From the NCBI GenBank assembly GCA_013289165.1, contig JABDAL010000001.1, positions 9,603 to 73,602 of the forward strand: a DNA stretch of 64,000 nt, written 5' to 3'. Under the pieces are notes generated by a model. That model did no database searches. It saw nothing but the letters and a program-made list of their open reading frames with translations, and was not told where the DNA came from. This stretch comes from Bacteroidota bacterium. Its GTDB lineage: Bacteria > Bacteroidota > Bacteroidia > JABEUT01. Shown piece after piece: positions 28,014-36,942 of this stretch. The position numbers and the translations under genes were made by a program. Each line of letters opens with the position of its first letter. The first letter of the stretch is position 1.

Positions 28014-28034
28014 ATTTCAAACTGACCCACTACC
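28005..28034 (-). repeat. right terminal inverted repeat of the IS1-family element
   Basis: Reverse complement is identical to 26150-26179. Confidence 0.85.
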
Positions 28035-28064
28035 ACTTTTCCTTTAAATGTGTCAACAGTTTTT

Positions 28065-28072
28065 TACTTTTG
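28065..28072 (+). promoter_or_regulatory. candidate -7 box TACTTTTG for pdhA
   Basis: Exact TAnnTTTG 15 nt upstream of the ATG at 28087 and 31 bp from the IS right end. Confidence 0.35.
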
Positions 28073-28086
28073 CACCTGTTAATAGT

Positions 28087-29112
28087 ATGAAGATGGAAAA
28101 AGTATCTGCCAAAAAACCGAATACAGTAAAGTTTCCCAAAGACCAGTATCTTAAATGGTACGAGTCAATGCTATTAATGAGGAGGTTTGAAGAACGGGCG
28201 CAGCAAATGTATTTGCAGCAGAAGATACGGGGCTTTTGCCATATCTATATAGGACAGGAAGCCGTGGCAGCCGGTTCGGCAAGTGCCATACGCCCGGAGG
28301 ACAATATTATAACGGCGTATCGTGACCATGCGCTCCCTTTAGTTAAAGGAATGGAACCGAAGTATGTGATGGCAGAGCTTTTTGCAAAGGCTACAGGCTG
28401 TTCAGGTGGTAAAGGAGGCTCCATGCATATTTTTGATGTGAAGCATAAATTTTTCGGCGGGCACGGTATTGTCGGGGGGCAAATACCTTTAGGCACCGGG
28501 ATAGCTTTTGCTGATAAATATCGCAAAAGTGATTTGGTAACCCTTTGTTTTATGGGTGATGGGGCAGTGCGCCAAGGCGCTTTTCATGAAGCCCTGAATA
28601 TGGCCATGACGTGGAAACTTCCCGTAGTGTATATTATAGAGAATAACCATTATGCTATGGGTACTTCGGTGGAAAGATCGAGCAATGTGGTAGAGTTGTA
28701 TGAATTGGGCAGGGCTTTTGATATGCCTTCCTTCCCGGTAGACGGGATGCGCTGTGAGGCTGTTCATGAAGCTGTGGCATCGGCTGTAGAATATGCCCGC
28801 CAGGGAAATGGGCCCACCTTGCTCGAAATGAAGACGTATCGTTACAAGGGGCATTCCATGAGCGACCCTGCCAACTATCGCACCAAAGACGAAGTGGAAC
28901 AATATAAAGCAAAAGATCCTATTGAACATACCCTTGATATACTTAAAGACAGCAAATGGATTACAGATGTGGAAGTGGAGGAAACGGAAAAGAAAACTAA
29001 AGATATTATTGATGATGCGGTAAAATTTGCGGATGAATCACCTTATCCTGATGCCTCCGAATTATATAAAGATGTATATAAGCAGGAAGACTATCCTTTT
29101 ATAATGGACTGA
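28087..29112 (+). CDS. pdhA: pyruvate dehydrogenase E1 component, alpha subunit
   Basis: TPP-binding E1-alpha motifs (GDGA..QGAFHEALN, YRYKGHSMSDP). Start set at the internal Met (MKMEKVSAKK). Confidence 0.88.
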   Translation: MKMEKVSAKKPNTVKFPKDQYLKWYESMLLMRRFEERAQQMYLQQKIRGFCHIYIGQEAVAAGSASAIRPEDNIITAYRDHALPLVKGMEPKYVMAELFAKATGCSGGKGGSMHIFDVKHKFFGGHGIVGGQIPLGTGIAFADKYRKSDLVTLCFMGDGAVRQGAFHEALNMAMTWKLPVVYIIENNHYAMGTSVERSSNVVELYELGRAFDMPSFPVDGMRCEAVHEAVASAVEYARQGNGPTLLEMKTYRYKGHSMSDPANYRTKDEVEQYKAKDPIEHTLDILKDSKWITDVEVEETEKKTKDIIDDAVKFADESPYPDASELYKDVYKQEDYPFIMD

Positions 29113-29159
29113 TAACAAAATTAGGTACTAACAATTCCTAATCTCTAATTAAAATAAGT

Positions 29160-30443
29160 ATGGCAGAAATAGTACGGATGCCCAAATTGAGCGATACCAT
29201 GACCGAAGGGGTGGTGGCAGAATGGCATAAAAAAATTGAGGATAATGTAAAGAGTGGAGAATTACTGGCAGATATTGAGACCGACAAAGCCACTATGGAA
29301 TTTGAATCGTTCCAAGAGGGTACGCTACTTTATATTGGTGTAGAAAAAGGCCAAACTGCCCCGGTGGATTCTATTTTGGCTATTGTAGGCAAACAAGGGG
29401 AAGATATTGCACCGTTGCTTGAAGGAGAAAAGAAAAAAGCTGCCCCTGCTGCAGAACCTAAGAAGGAAGAACCAGCCCAGGCACCTGCCCCTGCTGCTCA
29501 AACTACTCCTGCAGAAGCTGCAAAGCCTGCTGAAACGGTAAAACCGGCGTCCCAGCCTGCCAAACCTGCTGTTGCAAAAGCTACTAATGACGGACGTTTT
29601 AAAATATCGCCATTGGCAAAGAAACTGGCAGGTGATAAAAACATTAACCCTTCTTTCATTAGGGGAACGGGTGACGGGGGCAGAATAATAAGAAGAGATA
29701 TTGAAAATTACCAGGGTAGTGGAGGAGCATTACCGGTTGTGCTGGAAGAAAGCTATACGGATGAGCCGCTGTCGCAAATGCGTAAAACCATTGCACGCAG
29801 GCTGGTAGAGAGTAAGTTTTCGGCTCCCCATTTCTACCTTACTATGGAGATAGCCATGGATGAAATGGTGAAAGCCCGCGAAATAATTAACCAGGTGGCT
29901 GACCCGGTTAAAATATCCTATAATGATATTATTATAAAAGCTGTGGCTACTGCACTCAGGGAGCATCCGCGGGTGAATGCTTCGTGGAGGGGTGATTTTA
30001 TACGTTACAGTAATCATATTCATATAGGTATGGCGGTTGCCGTAGACGAAGGTTTATTGGTGCCTGTAATTCGTTTTGCCGATTCCAAAACCTTGTCGCA
30101 AATATCTGCTGAGGCTAAAGAATATGCTCAGAAAGCAAAAAATAAAAAACTGCAACCTGCTGATTGGGAGGGAAATACATTTACCATTTCCAATTTAGGA
30201 ATGTTTGGCATTGAGGCATTTACAGCGATTATTAATCCACCCGATGCTTGCATTATGGCTGTTGGTGGGATACATGAAACTCCGGTAGTGAAGAATGGAC
30301 AAATAGTTCCGGGCCATGTAATGAAAGTAACCCTGTCATGCGACCACCGGACCGTAGATGGGGCAACCGGTTCGGCTTTTCTCCAAACATTCAAGCTATT
30401 GATGGAGAATCCGGTAATTTTGCTGGGTATGCAAAATATTTAA
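29160..30443 (+). CDS. pdhC: dihydrolipoamide acetyltransferase (E2) of a 2-oxoacid dehydrogenase complex
   Basis: Lipoyl domain (ETDKATMEFES), Ala/Pro-rich linker, E3-binding domain (ISPLAKKLA), and a catalytic domain with DHRTVDG. Confidence 0.88.
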   Translation: MAEIVRMPKLSDTMTEGVVAEWHKKIEDNVKSGELLADIETDKATMEFESFQEGTLLYIGVEKGQTAPVDSILAIVGKQGEDIAPLLEGEKKKAAPAAEPKKEEPAQAPAPAAQTTPAEAAKPAETVKPASQPAKPAVAKATNDGRFKISPLAKKLAGDKNINPSFIRGTGDGGRIIRRDIENYQGSGGALPVVLEESYTDEPLSQMRKTIARRLVESKFSAPHFYLTMEIAMDEMVKAREIINQVADPVKISYNDIIIKAVATALREHPRVNASWRGDFIRYSNHIHIGMAVAVDEGLLVPVIRFADSKTLSQISAEAKEYAQKAKNKKLQPADWEGNTFTISNLGMFGIEAFTAIINPPDACIMAVGGIHETPVVKNGQIVPGHVMKVTLSCDHRTVDGATGSAFLQTFKLLMENPVILLGMQNI

Positions 30444-30473
30444 TGTAACTGTAAAAGATATCGGAATTTTTTT

Positions 30474-30481
30474 TACTTTTG
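30474..30481 (+). promoter_or_regulatory. candidate -7 box TACTTTTG
   Basis: Exact TAnnTTTG 25 nt upstream of the ATG at 30506. Confidence 0.3.
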
Positions 30482-30505
30482 TAGATAAATACTAAAAGCA
30501 TTATC

Positions 30506-30940
30506 ATGAAAAAAATAATCCTAACTGCCGGAATTTGCCTTATTGGTTTAGTGTATGTTAAAGCACAAACCAGTGTTCATACTATCCAGCCGAGTAATCA
30601 AACGCAGGCAAACGGTCTTCCGATACAATCAAATGGTACGGTTTCTCCCGCAGATCACCAAACTGCAAGTTTAATGGACAGGCTTACCAGAAGTTGCCAA
30701 CTAACCCCGGAGCAGGCTGCTAAAGCCAAACCAATTGTTGCACAATATGTGAATGACAAAATGGCCAATCGTCAACAATATGGCTCTGATCCTGCCAAAT
30801 TAAGCCAGGCTATGGATGCTTCTGTTCAAAGAATGAAGACAGGACTTAACGGAATACTTTCTCCTGCCCAACAAGCACAGTTAGAAAATAGCCGTAATTT
30901 GGGACAAAGCCCGGTTCAGGCAACTGCAGCTCAGAAGTAA
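30506..30940 (+). CDS. periplasmic LTXXQ-motif protein (Spy/CpxP-like)
   Basis: Signal peptide. LTPEQAAKAKP and LSPAQQAQLEN motifs. Gln/Ala-rich helical body. Confidence 0.5.
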   Translation: MKKIILTAGICLIGLVYVKAQTSVHTIQPSNQTQANGLPIQSNGTVSPADHQTASLMDRLTRSCQLTPEQAAKAKPIVAQYVNDKMANRQQYGSDPAKLSQAMDASVQRMKTGLNGILSPAQQAQLENSRNLGQSPVQATAAQK

Positions 30941-30965
30941 TTTTTATACATAAACTTATTCGTAA

Positions 30966-30995
30966 GTCCCCGGTCATGTGCCGGGGACTTTTTTA
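30966..30995 (+). terminator. rho-independent terminator
   Basis: GTCCCCGG-tcatgtg-CCGGGGAC followed by TTTTTTATTT, 26 nt after the stop at 30940. Confidence 0.75.
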
Positions 30996-31096
30996 TTTCC
31001 ATTATTTCCTGTTGTAATTTTAATCTATTCTTAATGATAGGTATATTATAAGAATATAATTTTATGGCTATGTAATCCTTTTGTATTTTTATTAGC

Positions 31097-33625
31097 TTGA
31101 AAAATATATCTGTAATATTCCTGTATTTCTTTTCTATTCTTCACTGTTGTTTGCAGCAATATAGTGTTAGTGGCAAAGTGGTTGATAAAAATACCGGCGC
31201 ACCATTACCTTTTGTTAACCTTATTGTAACAGGCCATCCGCAAATTGGTATGACAGCCGATATTGATGGTAACTTTATGCTTTCTGCCCCATTTCAAATT
31301 AGTTCACTCACTTGTTCCTATGTCGGATACAGGGACACTGTCATACAAATTCATAATTCATCCAACAAAATAGAGGGAACTATAATTAAACTGCGGGAAG
31401 CCAGCGTTGGGTTACGTGAAGTAAAAGTATTGCCGGGAGTAAATCCTGCTTTACGAATTATACAGGCTGCTATTGATAATAAAGATAAAAATGACCCTGA
31501 AAAAGTGCATTCATTCACATATGATTCGTATAATAAACTTTACTGTACATCGGATATAAAAGGCGCCACAGATACGGTGAATTCTCTTGACAGTAGCAGA
31601 ATACAACATTCTTATAGAGACACTGCCCATCAGCACAACTCTATAAAAAAGCTACTAAAGAAACAATACTTTTTTTTGATGGAATCAGTAAGCCAGCGAA
31701 AATACCTGTATCCTTCACATAACTATGAAAAGGTGATTGCCACCCGAACATCCGGACTGCAGAATTCACCTTTTGCCCTGCTAGCACAGCAGCTGCAATC
31801 ATTTTCTTTTTACAAAGACCAGGTAAGCATTTTCAACGAAGAATACCTGAACCCGGTGTCTGATGGAGGGATAAAGCGATATTTTTTTGTTATTGAAGAT
31901 ACGCTATATAGTGGTAAAGACACAGTATTTGTAATTTCATTTAAACCAAAACCCGGGAAGAATTTTGATGCTATGAAGGGCGTGGTTTATATTAATACAA
32001 ACGGATACGCGTTTCAAAATGTAATTGCCCAGCCTATCAGAAAAGATCAAACTGTAAGCATACACATTCAACAGAAATATCAGTTTGTAAATAATAAGCA
32101 ATGGTTTCCGGTTCAATTAAATACGGACTGGTTCTATAATAATGCTATTGTGAAGGATACGGATATTGTTTCTACAAAAAAAGATTCCATGAATCCAGAT
32201 GATGAACACAATAAAATAAAAGTAGTTTCGCGCAGCTACATTAAGAATATTGTGCTAGATACTGTTTTACGCAAGGGAGATTTTGGAAGGGTGCAAGTGG
32301 AAATTGCTGAAAATGCTTCGAATAAACCGGAATATTTTTGGAATAAATACAGGATAGATACACTCTCAAAAAAGGACAAAAAAACCTACCAGGTGATTGA
32401 CAGCCTGGGCACAGCAAACCATTTTGATAGGAAACTAAAATGGTTTGAAAGCTTGTCAACCGGTGAACTAAAAGTGGATTGGATAAATATTGACTTAAAT
32501 AAGATTTTGAATTATAACGGCTACGAGGGGCTTAGGCTGGGCATGGGATTACATACGAATGATGATATTTCAAAATACTTTTCCGTTGGAGGATATGGTG
32601 CATACGGTACAGGGGACAAGGCTTTTAAATATGGGGCTGACATGGCGTTTATTTTCGATCCGTATAATCATGTTAAACTCGATTTAGCTTACCAGCAGGA
32701 TGTAATAGGGGTGGGTATGGTAAATTTTTATAATAATCAAAGTTTGCTATCTAACGAAAATTATTATAATTATTTTATAAATAATATGGATAAAATGCAA
32801 AAAGAAACCGTTTCATTTTCTTTTGATGCATTCCGGTATTTCCAGTTTAACTTTTTTGGCGATGAGCAATTAAGAACAACAACTAATTCCTATGAATTTG
32901 GCCAGACTAGCGATAATGTAACTGTGCTGACAAATCAATATTGGTTCACAGAAGCGGGCGTTGGGTTCCGCTTTGCCTACAAGGAAAACTTTGTGAAAAG
33001 CCCCCTGGGGATGATTTCACTCGGTACCAAGTATCCCATTGTATGGGGGAATATTACACAGGGATTTAATAATTTGCTAAATGGGCAGTATATATATACA
33101 AAATATGACTTGAAAATAAGCAAGGATTTTCATATCCCTTTGGCAGGTTTCTCGTCCGTAACACTACTTGCAGGCTATGTACAGGGAAATGTACCCTATA
33201 CACTTTTATATGAGGGAAAGGGTTCCTATCAAAAAATTTCTACAGGAAGCTTCCCGCTGGCAGTTGACAATTCTTTTGAGACGATGCGCCTGAATGAGTT
33301 CTTATCAAGCCAATATGTAAATTTCTTTTACTCCCACAATTTTCAGTCGTTTCTGTTCCATATCGGGAATTTTAAGCCTGAGTTAAAACTTGTTTTCCAT
33401 GCAGGATGGGGGAGCCTTTCTAATCCCGGAAGCCAGTATGGTATTACTTATAATACCATGAACAAGGGCTACTACGAAGCGGGGATGGAACTAAATAGTC
33501 TTTATAAATCAGGTTTTTTTCGCTATATAGGTGTGGGAGGATATTATCGTTTAGGCCCCTATTCATTAAGTACTCCTTATCAAAACCTGGCACTGAAAAT
33601 TACTGTTACTACTTCGTACAAGTAA
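31097..33625 (+). CDS. DUF5686-type protein with N-terminal carboxypeptidase-regulatory-like domain
   Basis: N-terminus YSVSGKVVDKNTGAPLPFVNLIV (CarboxypepD_reg-like), followed by a roughly 700-aa beta-rich region as in Bacteroidota DUF5686 proteins. Only a TTG start is available at the ORF 5' end. Confidence 0.65.
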   Translation: MKNISVIFLYFFSILHCCLQQYSVSGKVVDKNTGAPLPFVNLIVTGHPQIGMTADIDGNFMLSAPFQISSLTCSYVGYRDTVIQIHNSSNKIEGTIIKLREASVGLREVKVLPGVNPALRIIQAAIDNKDKNDPEKVHSFTYDSYNKLYCTSDIKGATDTVNSLDSSRIQHSYRDTAHQHNSIKKLLKKQYFFLMESVSQRKYLYPSHNYEKVIATRTSGLQNSPFALLAQQLQSFSFYKDQVSIFNEEYLNPVSDGGIKRYFFVIEDTLYSGKDTVFVISFKPKPGKNFDAMKGVVYINTNGYAFQNVIAQPIRKDQTVSIHIQQKYQFVNNKQWFPVQLNTDWFYNNAIVKDTDIVSTKKDSMNPDDEHNKIKVVSRSYIKNIVLDTVLRKGDFGRVQVEIAENASNKPEYFWNKYRIDTLSKKDKKTYQVIDSLGTANHFDRKLKWFESLSTGELKVDWINIDLNKILNYNGYEGLRLGMGLHTNDDISKYFSVGGYGAYGTGDKAFKYGADMAFIFDPYNHVKLDLAYQQDVIGVGMVNFYNNQSLLSNENYYNYFINNMDKMQKETVSFSFDAFRYFQFNFFGDEQLRTTTNSYEFGQTSDNVTVLTNQYWFTEAGVGFRFAYKENFVKSPLGMISLGTKYPIVWGNITQGFNNLLNGQYIYTKYDLKISKDFHIPLAGFSSVTLLAGYVQGNVPYTLLYEGKGSYQKISTGSFPLAVDNSFETMRLNEFLSSQYVNFFYSHNFQSFLFHIGNFKPELKLVFHAGWGSLSNPGSQYGITYNTMNKGYYEAGMELNSLYKSGFFRYIGVGGYYRLGPYSLSTPYQNLALKITVTTSYK

Positions 33626-33635
33626 AGTAGAGGGC

Positions 33636-33962
33636 TTATTTCAATTTTGGATTTTGCTTGTGCCGTGTTTTATCGCGCTTACTTTTTTTCTCGATGTTTT
33701 TTTGGAATGCCTTTTCCAAATCAATATTGGTTTGATTGGCAATACAAATAAGAACGAATAATACGTCGGCGAGTTCTTCACTCAGCACCTTACCTTTATC
33801 TGATTTTTTAAAAGATTGTTCCCCGTAGGTTCTTGCAATTACACGTGCCACTTCGCCTACTTCTTCTGTCAGCATGGCCATATTGGTGAGTACATTGAAA
33901 TAACGCACTCCATTTTTATTAATCCAGTTATCTACAAATTTTTGTGCTTCAGTAATGGTCAT
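33636..33962 (-). CDS. MazG-like nucleotide pyrophosphohydrolase
   Basis: 108 aa. EEVGEVARVI ... ELADVLFVLICIAN, i.e. the EEXXE/EXXD MazG motifs. Confidence 0.8.
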   Translation of the reverse strand: MTITEAQKFVDNWINKNGVRYFNVLTNMAMLTEEVGEVARVIARTYGEQSFKKSDKGKVLSEELADVLFVLICIANQTNIDLEKAFQKNIEKKSKRDKTRHKQNPKLK

Positions 33963-33965
33963 AAG

Positions 33966-34418
33966 TTATTCTTTGTTTTTGGTATCAATTATAATTGTTA
34001 CAGGTCCGTCATTCATAAGGCTTACTTCCATATGTGCCCCAAATTCCCCGGTGGCAACCTTTCTCCCTGATTCTTTTTCGAGCATGGCAATAAATTTATT
34101 GAATAGGGGTAAAGCCTGTTCCGGCCTTGCTGCCTGAATGTAAGAAGGGCGGTTTCCCTTTTTTGTGGCGGCATGTAATGTAAACTGGCTTACTACGAGC
34201 ATTTCACCATTTACTTCTTTTAGGGAGAGGTTCATTTTACCTTCTGTGTCATTGAAGATGCGCAGGTTTATAATTTTAGTACTGAGCCATGCGGCATCTT
34301 CTTCAGTGTCGGCTGTTTCAATACCTGCAAGGATAAGCAGGCCATTTCCACAATTGCCAATTACTTTTTTATTTACTGATACGCTTGCCGAAGAAACTCT
34401 TTGTATAACTACCCGCAT
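33966..34418 (-). CDS. dtd: D-aminoacyl-tRNA deacylase
   Basis: 150 aa. N-terminus MRVVIQRVSSASV, SQFTL, and the C-terminal GPVT motif. Confidence 0.9.
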   Translation of the reverse strand: MRVVIQRVSSASVSVNKKVIGNCGNGLLILAGIETADTEEDAAWLSTKIINLRIFNDTEGKMNLSLKEVNGEMLVVSQFTLHAATKKGNRPSYIQAARPEQALPLFNKFIAMLEKESGRKVATGEFGAHMEVSLMNDGPVTIIIDTKNKE

Positions 34419-35517
34419 GGAATGCTATATATGAATCGAACAAAGATAATTGTTCATGTCCTTTCCGTTTGAAAGTAGAAAGGTCGTAAGAAAACTCAGG
34501 CGGTGTACCCATAAATTTCTTCACTGATATTTTAAAAAGTTGGCGGATAGACTCTGCAATTTGTCCTTCGCCACGCATACGCTTTCCATAGCGGGAATCA
34601 TTCACTGTTCCACCATGGCAGGATTGTATATGGTGCCATACTTTTTCGGCCCTGTCGGGGAAGTTTTTTTGCAACCAGTCTTTAAAAATTACTCCTATTT
34701 GTCCGTTTAAGCGTACAATAGTATAGCCTGCTCTTCGTGCCCCGTTTTTTGCAGCAGCCTCCACCACAGCAGGGATATCGTAACTATTGATATGCGGAAT
34801 AATAGGAGCAACCATAACTCCGCATGGGATGCCGTGCGAAGAGAGTTCATTCACCACTTTTAGGCGGTTTTTGTAGGTAACGGTGCGGGGTTCCAAAATC
34901 ATTCGCAAATCTTCGTTCACAGATGTAATCGTAACCATCACATGAACCAGCCTCAATTTTGCCATTTCGGAGAGTATATCCAGGTCGCGTAAGATGAGGG
35001 CATTTTTAGTAATCATGCTCACGGGATGGCGGTACTTAAAGCATACTTCCAACATGCTACGCGTTATTTGCATTTTCTTTTCTATGGGCTGGTAGCAATC
35101 CGTATTGCCCGAAAACATAATAGGCTCAGGGTTCCAACTTGGTTTCCGGAAAAGGTCTTCTAATAGTTGTGGGGCATTTTTCTTAACTAGTATTTTTTGT
35201 TCAAATTCCATTCCTGCACTATATCCCCAGTATTCATGCGAATTGCGGGCATAGCAGTAGAGGCAGCCATGTTCACATCCCTGGTAGGGGTTCATGGAAT
35301 AGCCTCCAATATCAGGACTCTCTACTTTGTTTACAATCGTTTTTGGAAATACCTCAATATATTGGGTACGTTTATTTTCAAGCAGAGAATCTTCATCAAT
35401 ACCTTCCCAATGTTCTTGCACGTAGGAGGTTTTTAAAAACTTGTTGGCTGGGTTCACCTGGGCGCCCATGCCGCCAAAGTATTCTTTGGGCTTTATTTCA
35501 ATTACTTCGTGATTCAT
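34369..35517 (-). CDS. radical SAM protein (PA0069-like family)
   Basis: CxxxCxxC cluster motif GCEHGCLYCYARNSHEYWG. Size and architecture fit the PA0069-type family. The 3' end overlaps the dtd start by 50 nt. Confidence 0.75.
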   Translation of the reverse strand: MNHEVIEIKPKEYFGGMGAQVNPANKFLKTSYVQEHWEGIDEDSLLENKRTQYIEVFPKTIVNKVESPDIGGYSMNPYQGCEHGCLYCYARNSHEYWGYSAGMEFEQKILVKKNAPQLLEDLFRKPSWNPEPIMFSGNTDCYQPIEKKMQITRSMLEVCFKYRHPVSMITKNALILRDLDILSEMAKLRLVHVMVTITSVNEDLRMILEPRTVTYKNRLKVVNELSSHGIPCGVMVAPIIPHINSYDIPAVVEAAAKNGARRAGYTIVRLNGQIGVIFKDWLQKNFPDRAEKVWHHIQSCHGGTVNDSRYGKRMRGEGQIAESIRQLFKISVKKFMGTPPEFSYDLSTFKRKGHEQLSLFDSYIAFHAGSYTKSFFGKRISK

Positions 35518-36439
35518 AGCTTACTTCTGCTGCTTCATTAACTAACATACTTAAATAACTTTCGTACCGGGAAACAGCTATTTTACCTTCCTCTAATGCT
35601 TGCAACACAGCACATCCCGGTTCATTTATATGCATGCAACTGTTGAACTTGCATTTATTCCTGTACAAATTCATTTCCCTGAAATAGTGTGAAAGCTCAT
35701 ACTTGCTGATATCTACCAGTCCAAATTCTTGTACACCAGGGGTATCTGCTACGAAGCCTCCCTGCGGTAGTGGAATCATTTCGGAAAAAGTAGTGAGGTG
35801 CATTCCTTTTTTATGTGCTTTTGAAATGTTTCCTGTTTTTCGGTTCACCCCCGGAACCAGGTAATTAATGAGGGTAGATTTACCTGTGCCCGACATTCCG
35901 CAGAGCAGGGAGACTTTGTTGGCAAAGAGATTTTTTAGTGAAGCTACTTGTTTATCATCAAGCAACGAAAGAGAATGGCAGGGATAACCGATAGTGTCGT
36001 AAACTTCTATTCTTTCCCGGGCATCTGCCTTGTTTTTCTCAGAGTAAAGGTCTGTTTTATTGAAAATAAGGTGGGCTTCTATGTCATAGGCTTCGGCAGT
36101 AATAAGTATACGGTCGATAAAGGTATTTTGTGTTTTGGGGTGTGTAATGGTAACGAGTATAAATACCCTGTCGATATTAGAAGCGATTATCTGGAACTGC
36201 TTGGAAAGTTTCTTCGATTTACGGATAATATAGTTTTTCCGGGGTGCAATATCTGCAATAACATATTCACCGGGAGATACCTCATCTATGATAACACTGT
36301 CGCCAACTACAGCCGGATTGGTGGTGGATATGCTTTTCATTCTCAAATTACCTTTCAGCGTACAACTGACTTTATCACCTTTTTCCGTAAGCACGTCATA
36401 CACCTGCCCCAGCGACTTTAAAATAATACCTTTCTGCAT
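35498..36439 (-). CDS. rsgA: ribosome small-subunit-dependent GTPase A
   Basis: Circularly permuted GTPase (NKTDL ... GMSGTGKSTLIN ... DTPG) and a C-terminal zinc motif (CKF.SCMHINEPGCAV). Confidence 0.88.
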   Translation of the reverse strand: MQKGIILKSLGQVYDVLTEKGDKVSCTLKGNLRMKSISTTNPAVVGDSVIIDEVSPGEYVIADIAPRKNYIIRKSKKLSKQFQIIASNIDRVFILVTITHPKTQNTFIDRILITAEAYDIEAHLIFNKTDLYSEKNKADARERIEVYDTIGYPCHSLSLLDDKQVASLKNLFANKVSLLCGMSGTGKSTLINYLVPGVNRKTGNISKAHKKGMHLTTFSEMIPLPQGGFVADTPGVQEFGLVDISKYELSHYFREMNLYRNKCKFNSCMHINEPGCAVLQALEEGKIAVSRYESYLSMLVNEAAEVSYESRSN

Positions 36440-36576
36440 ACATTACTCCGGCATACGGATTTGCTTTCTTACAAAGTTAAGAAAAGGGGCAGTCCAAAAT
36501 GAAGCAGTTGATAAAAAGTATGAAACCTGCTCTTTGTGAAGGGATAAAATATCCCGTATAATTCATCAAAATGTAG

Positions 36577-36584
36577 TATCTTTG
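36577..36584 (+). promoter_or_regulatory. candidate -7 box TATCTTTG for tatA
   Basis: Exact TAnnTTTG 23 nt upstream of the ATG at 36607. Confidence 0.3.
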
Positions 36585-36606
36585 GGTATTATTAAATTTA
36601 AAAGCC

Positions 36607-36813
36607 ATGTTACTTTTTTTAGAAGCAATAAAACCTTCCGAGATTATTTTAATCCTTGTGATTGTATTAATATTCTTCGGTGGTAGAAAAATTCCTGAAC
36701 TTATGCGCGGTCTTGGGCAGGGTATCAAGGAGTTTAAAGATGCCTCGAAAGGAGGAAATGAAAAGGATAATAGCGGAAAGGAAGTTGATGATACGAAAGA
36801 CCAGTTGAAATAA
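36607..36813 (+). CDS. tatA: twin-arginine translocase TatA/E-family protein
   Basis: 68 aa. One TM helix followed by [21 protein letters not shown]. Confidence 0.88.
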   Translation: MLLFLEAIKPSEIILILVIVLIFFGGRKIPELMRGLGQGIKEFKDASKGGNEKDNSGKEVDDTKDQLK

Positions 36814-36942
36814 ACCGGGCCTTGCTATTATTTGGACAAGTAAAGGGGAGAGGATAATATTATTCGATTCCTTCCAAATAAATTTAACTTTTCTACGTTT
36901 TGTTAGTCAAAGGTTATGGATAATAGTATAATCTGAGAAATT

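Larger units (their letters stand above)
26150..28034 (+). mobile_element. IS1-family insertion sequence with ~1.07 kb passenger region
   Basis: Perfect 30-bp terminal inverted repeats (26150-26179 vs reverse complement of 28005-28034, GGTAGTGGGTCAGTTTGAAATTTAACATTT). They are flanked by an 8-bp direct repeat ACTTTTCC (26142-26149 and 28035-28042). A single DDE transposase gene sits at the right end. Confidence 0.85.

Noticed and set aside
28087-30443. Absence of an E1-beta (pdhB) gene between pdhA and the E2 gene.
   Set aside because: To my knowledge pdhA-E2 adjacency with pdhB elsewhere is the usual arrangement in Bacteroidota. The short 47-bp gap shows no gene remnant, so this is not evidence of loss.
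34369-34418. 50-nt overlap between the radical SAM gene 3' end and the dtd start, and a 20-nt overlap of the rsgA 3' end with the radical SAM start at 35498-35517. These raise the question of frameshift or mis-annotation.
   Set aside because: Both dtd (MRVVIQRV) and the radical SAM N-terminus look canonical and the frames are uninterrupted. Same-strand overlaps like this are plausible in a compact operon.
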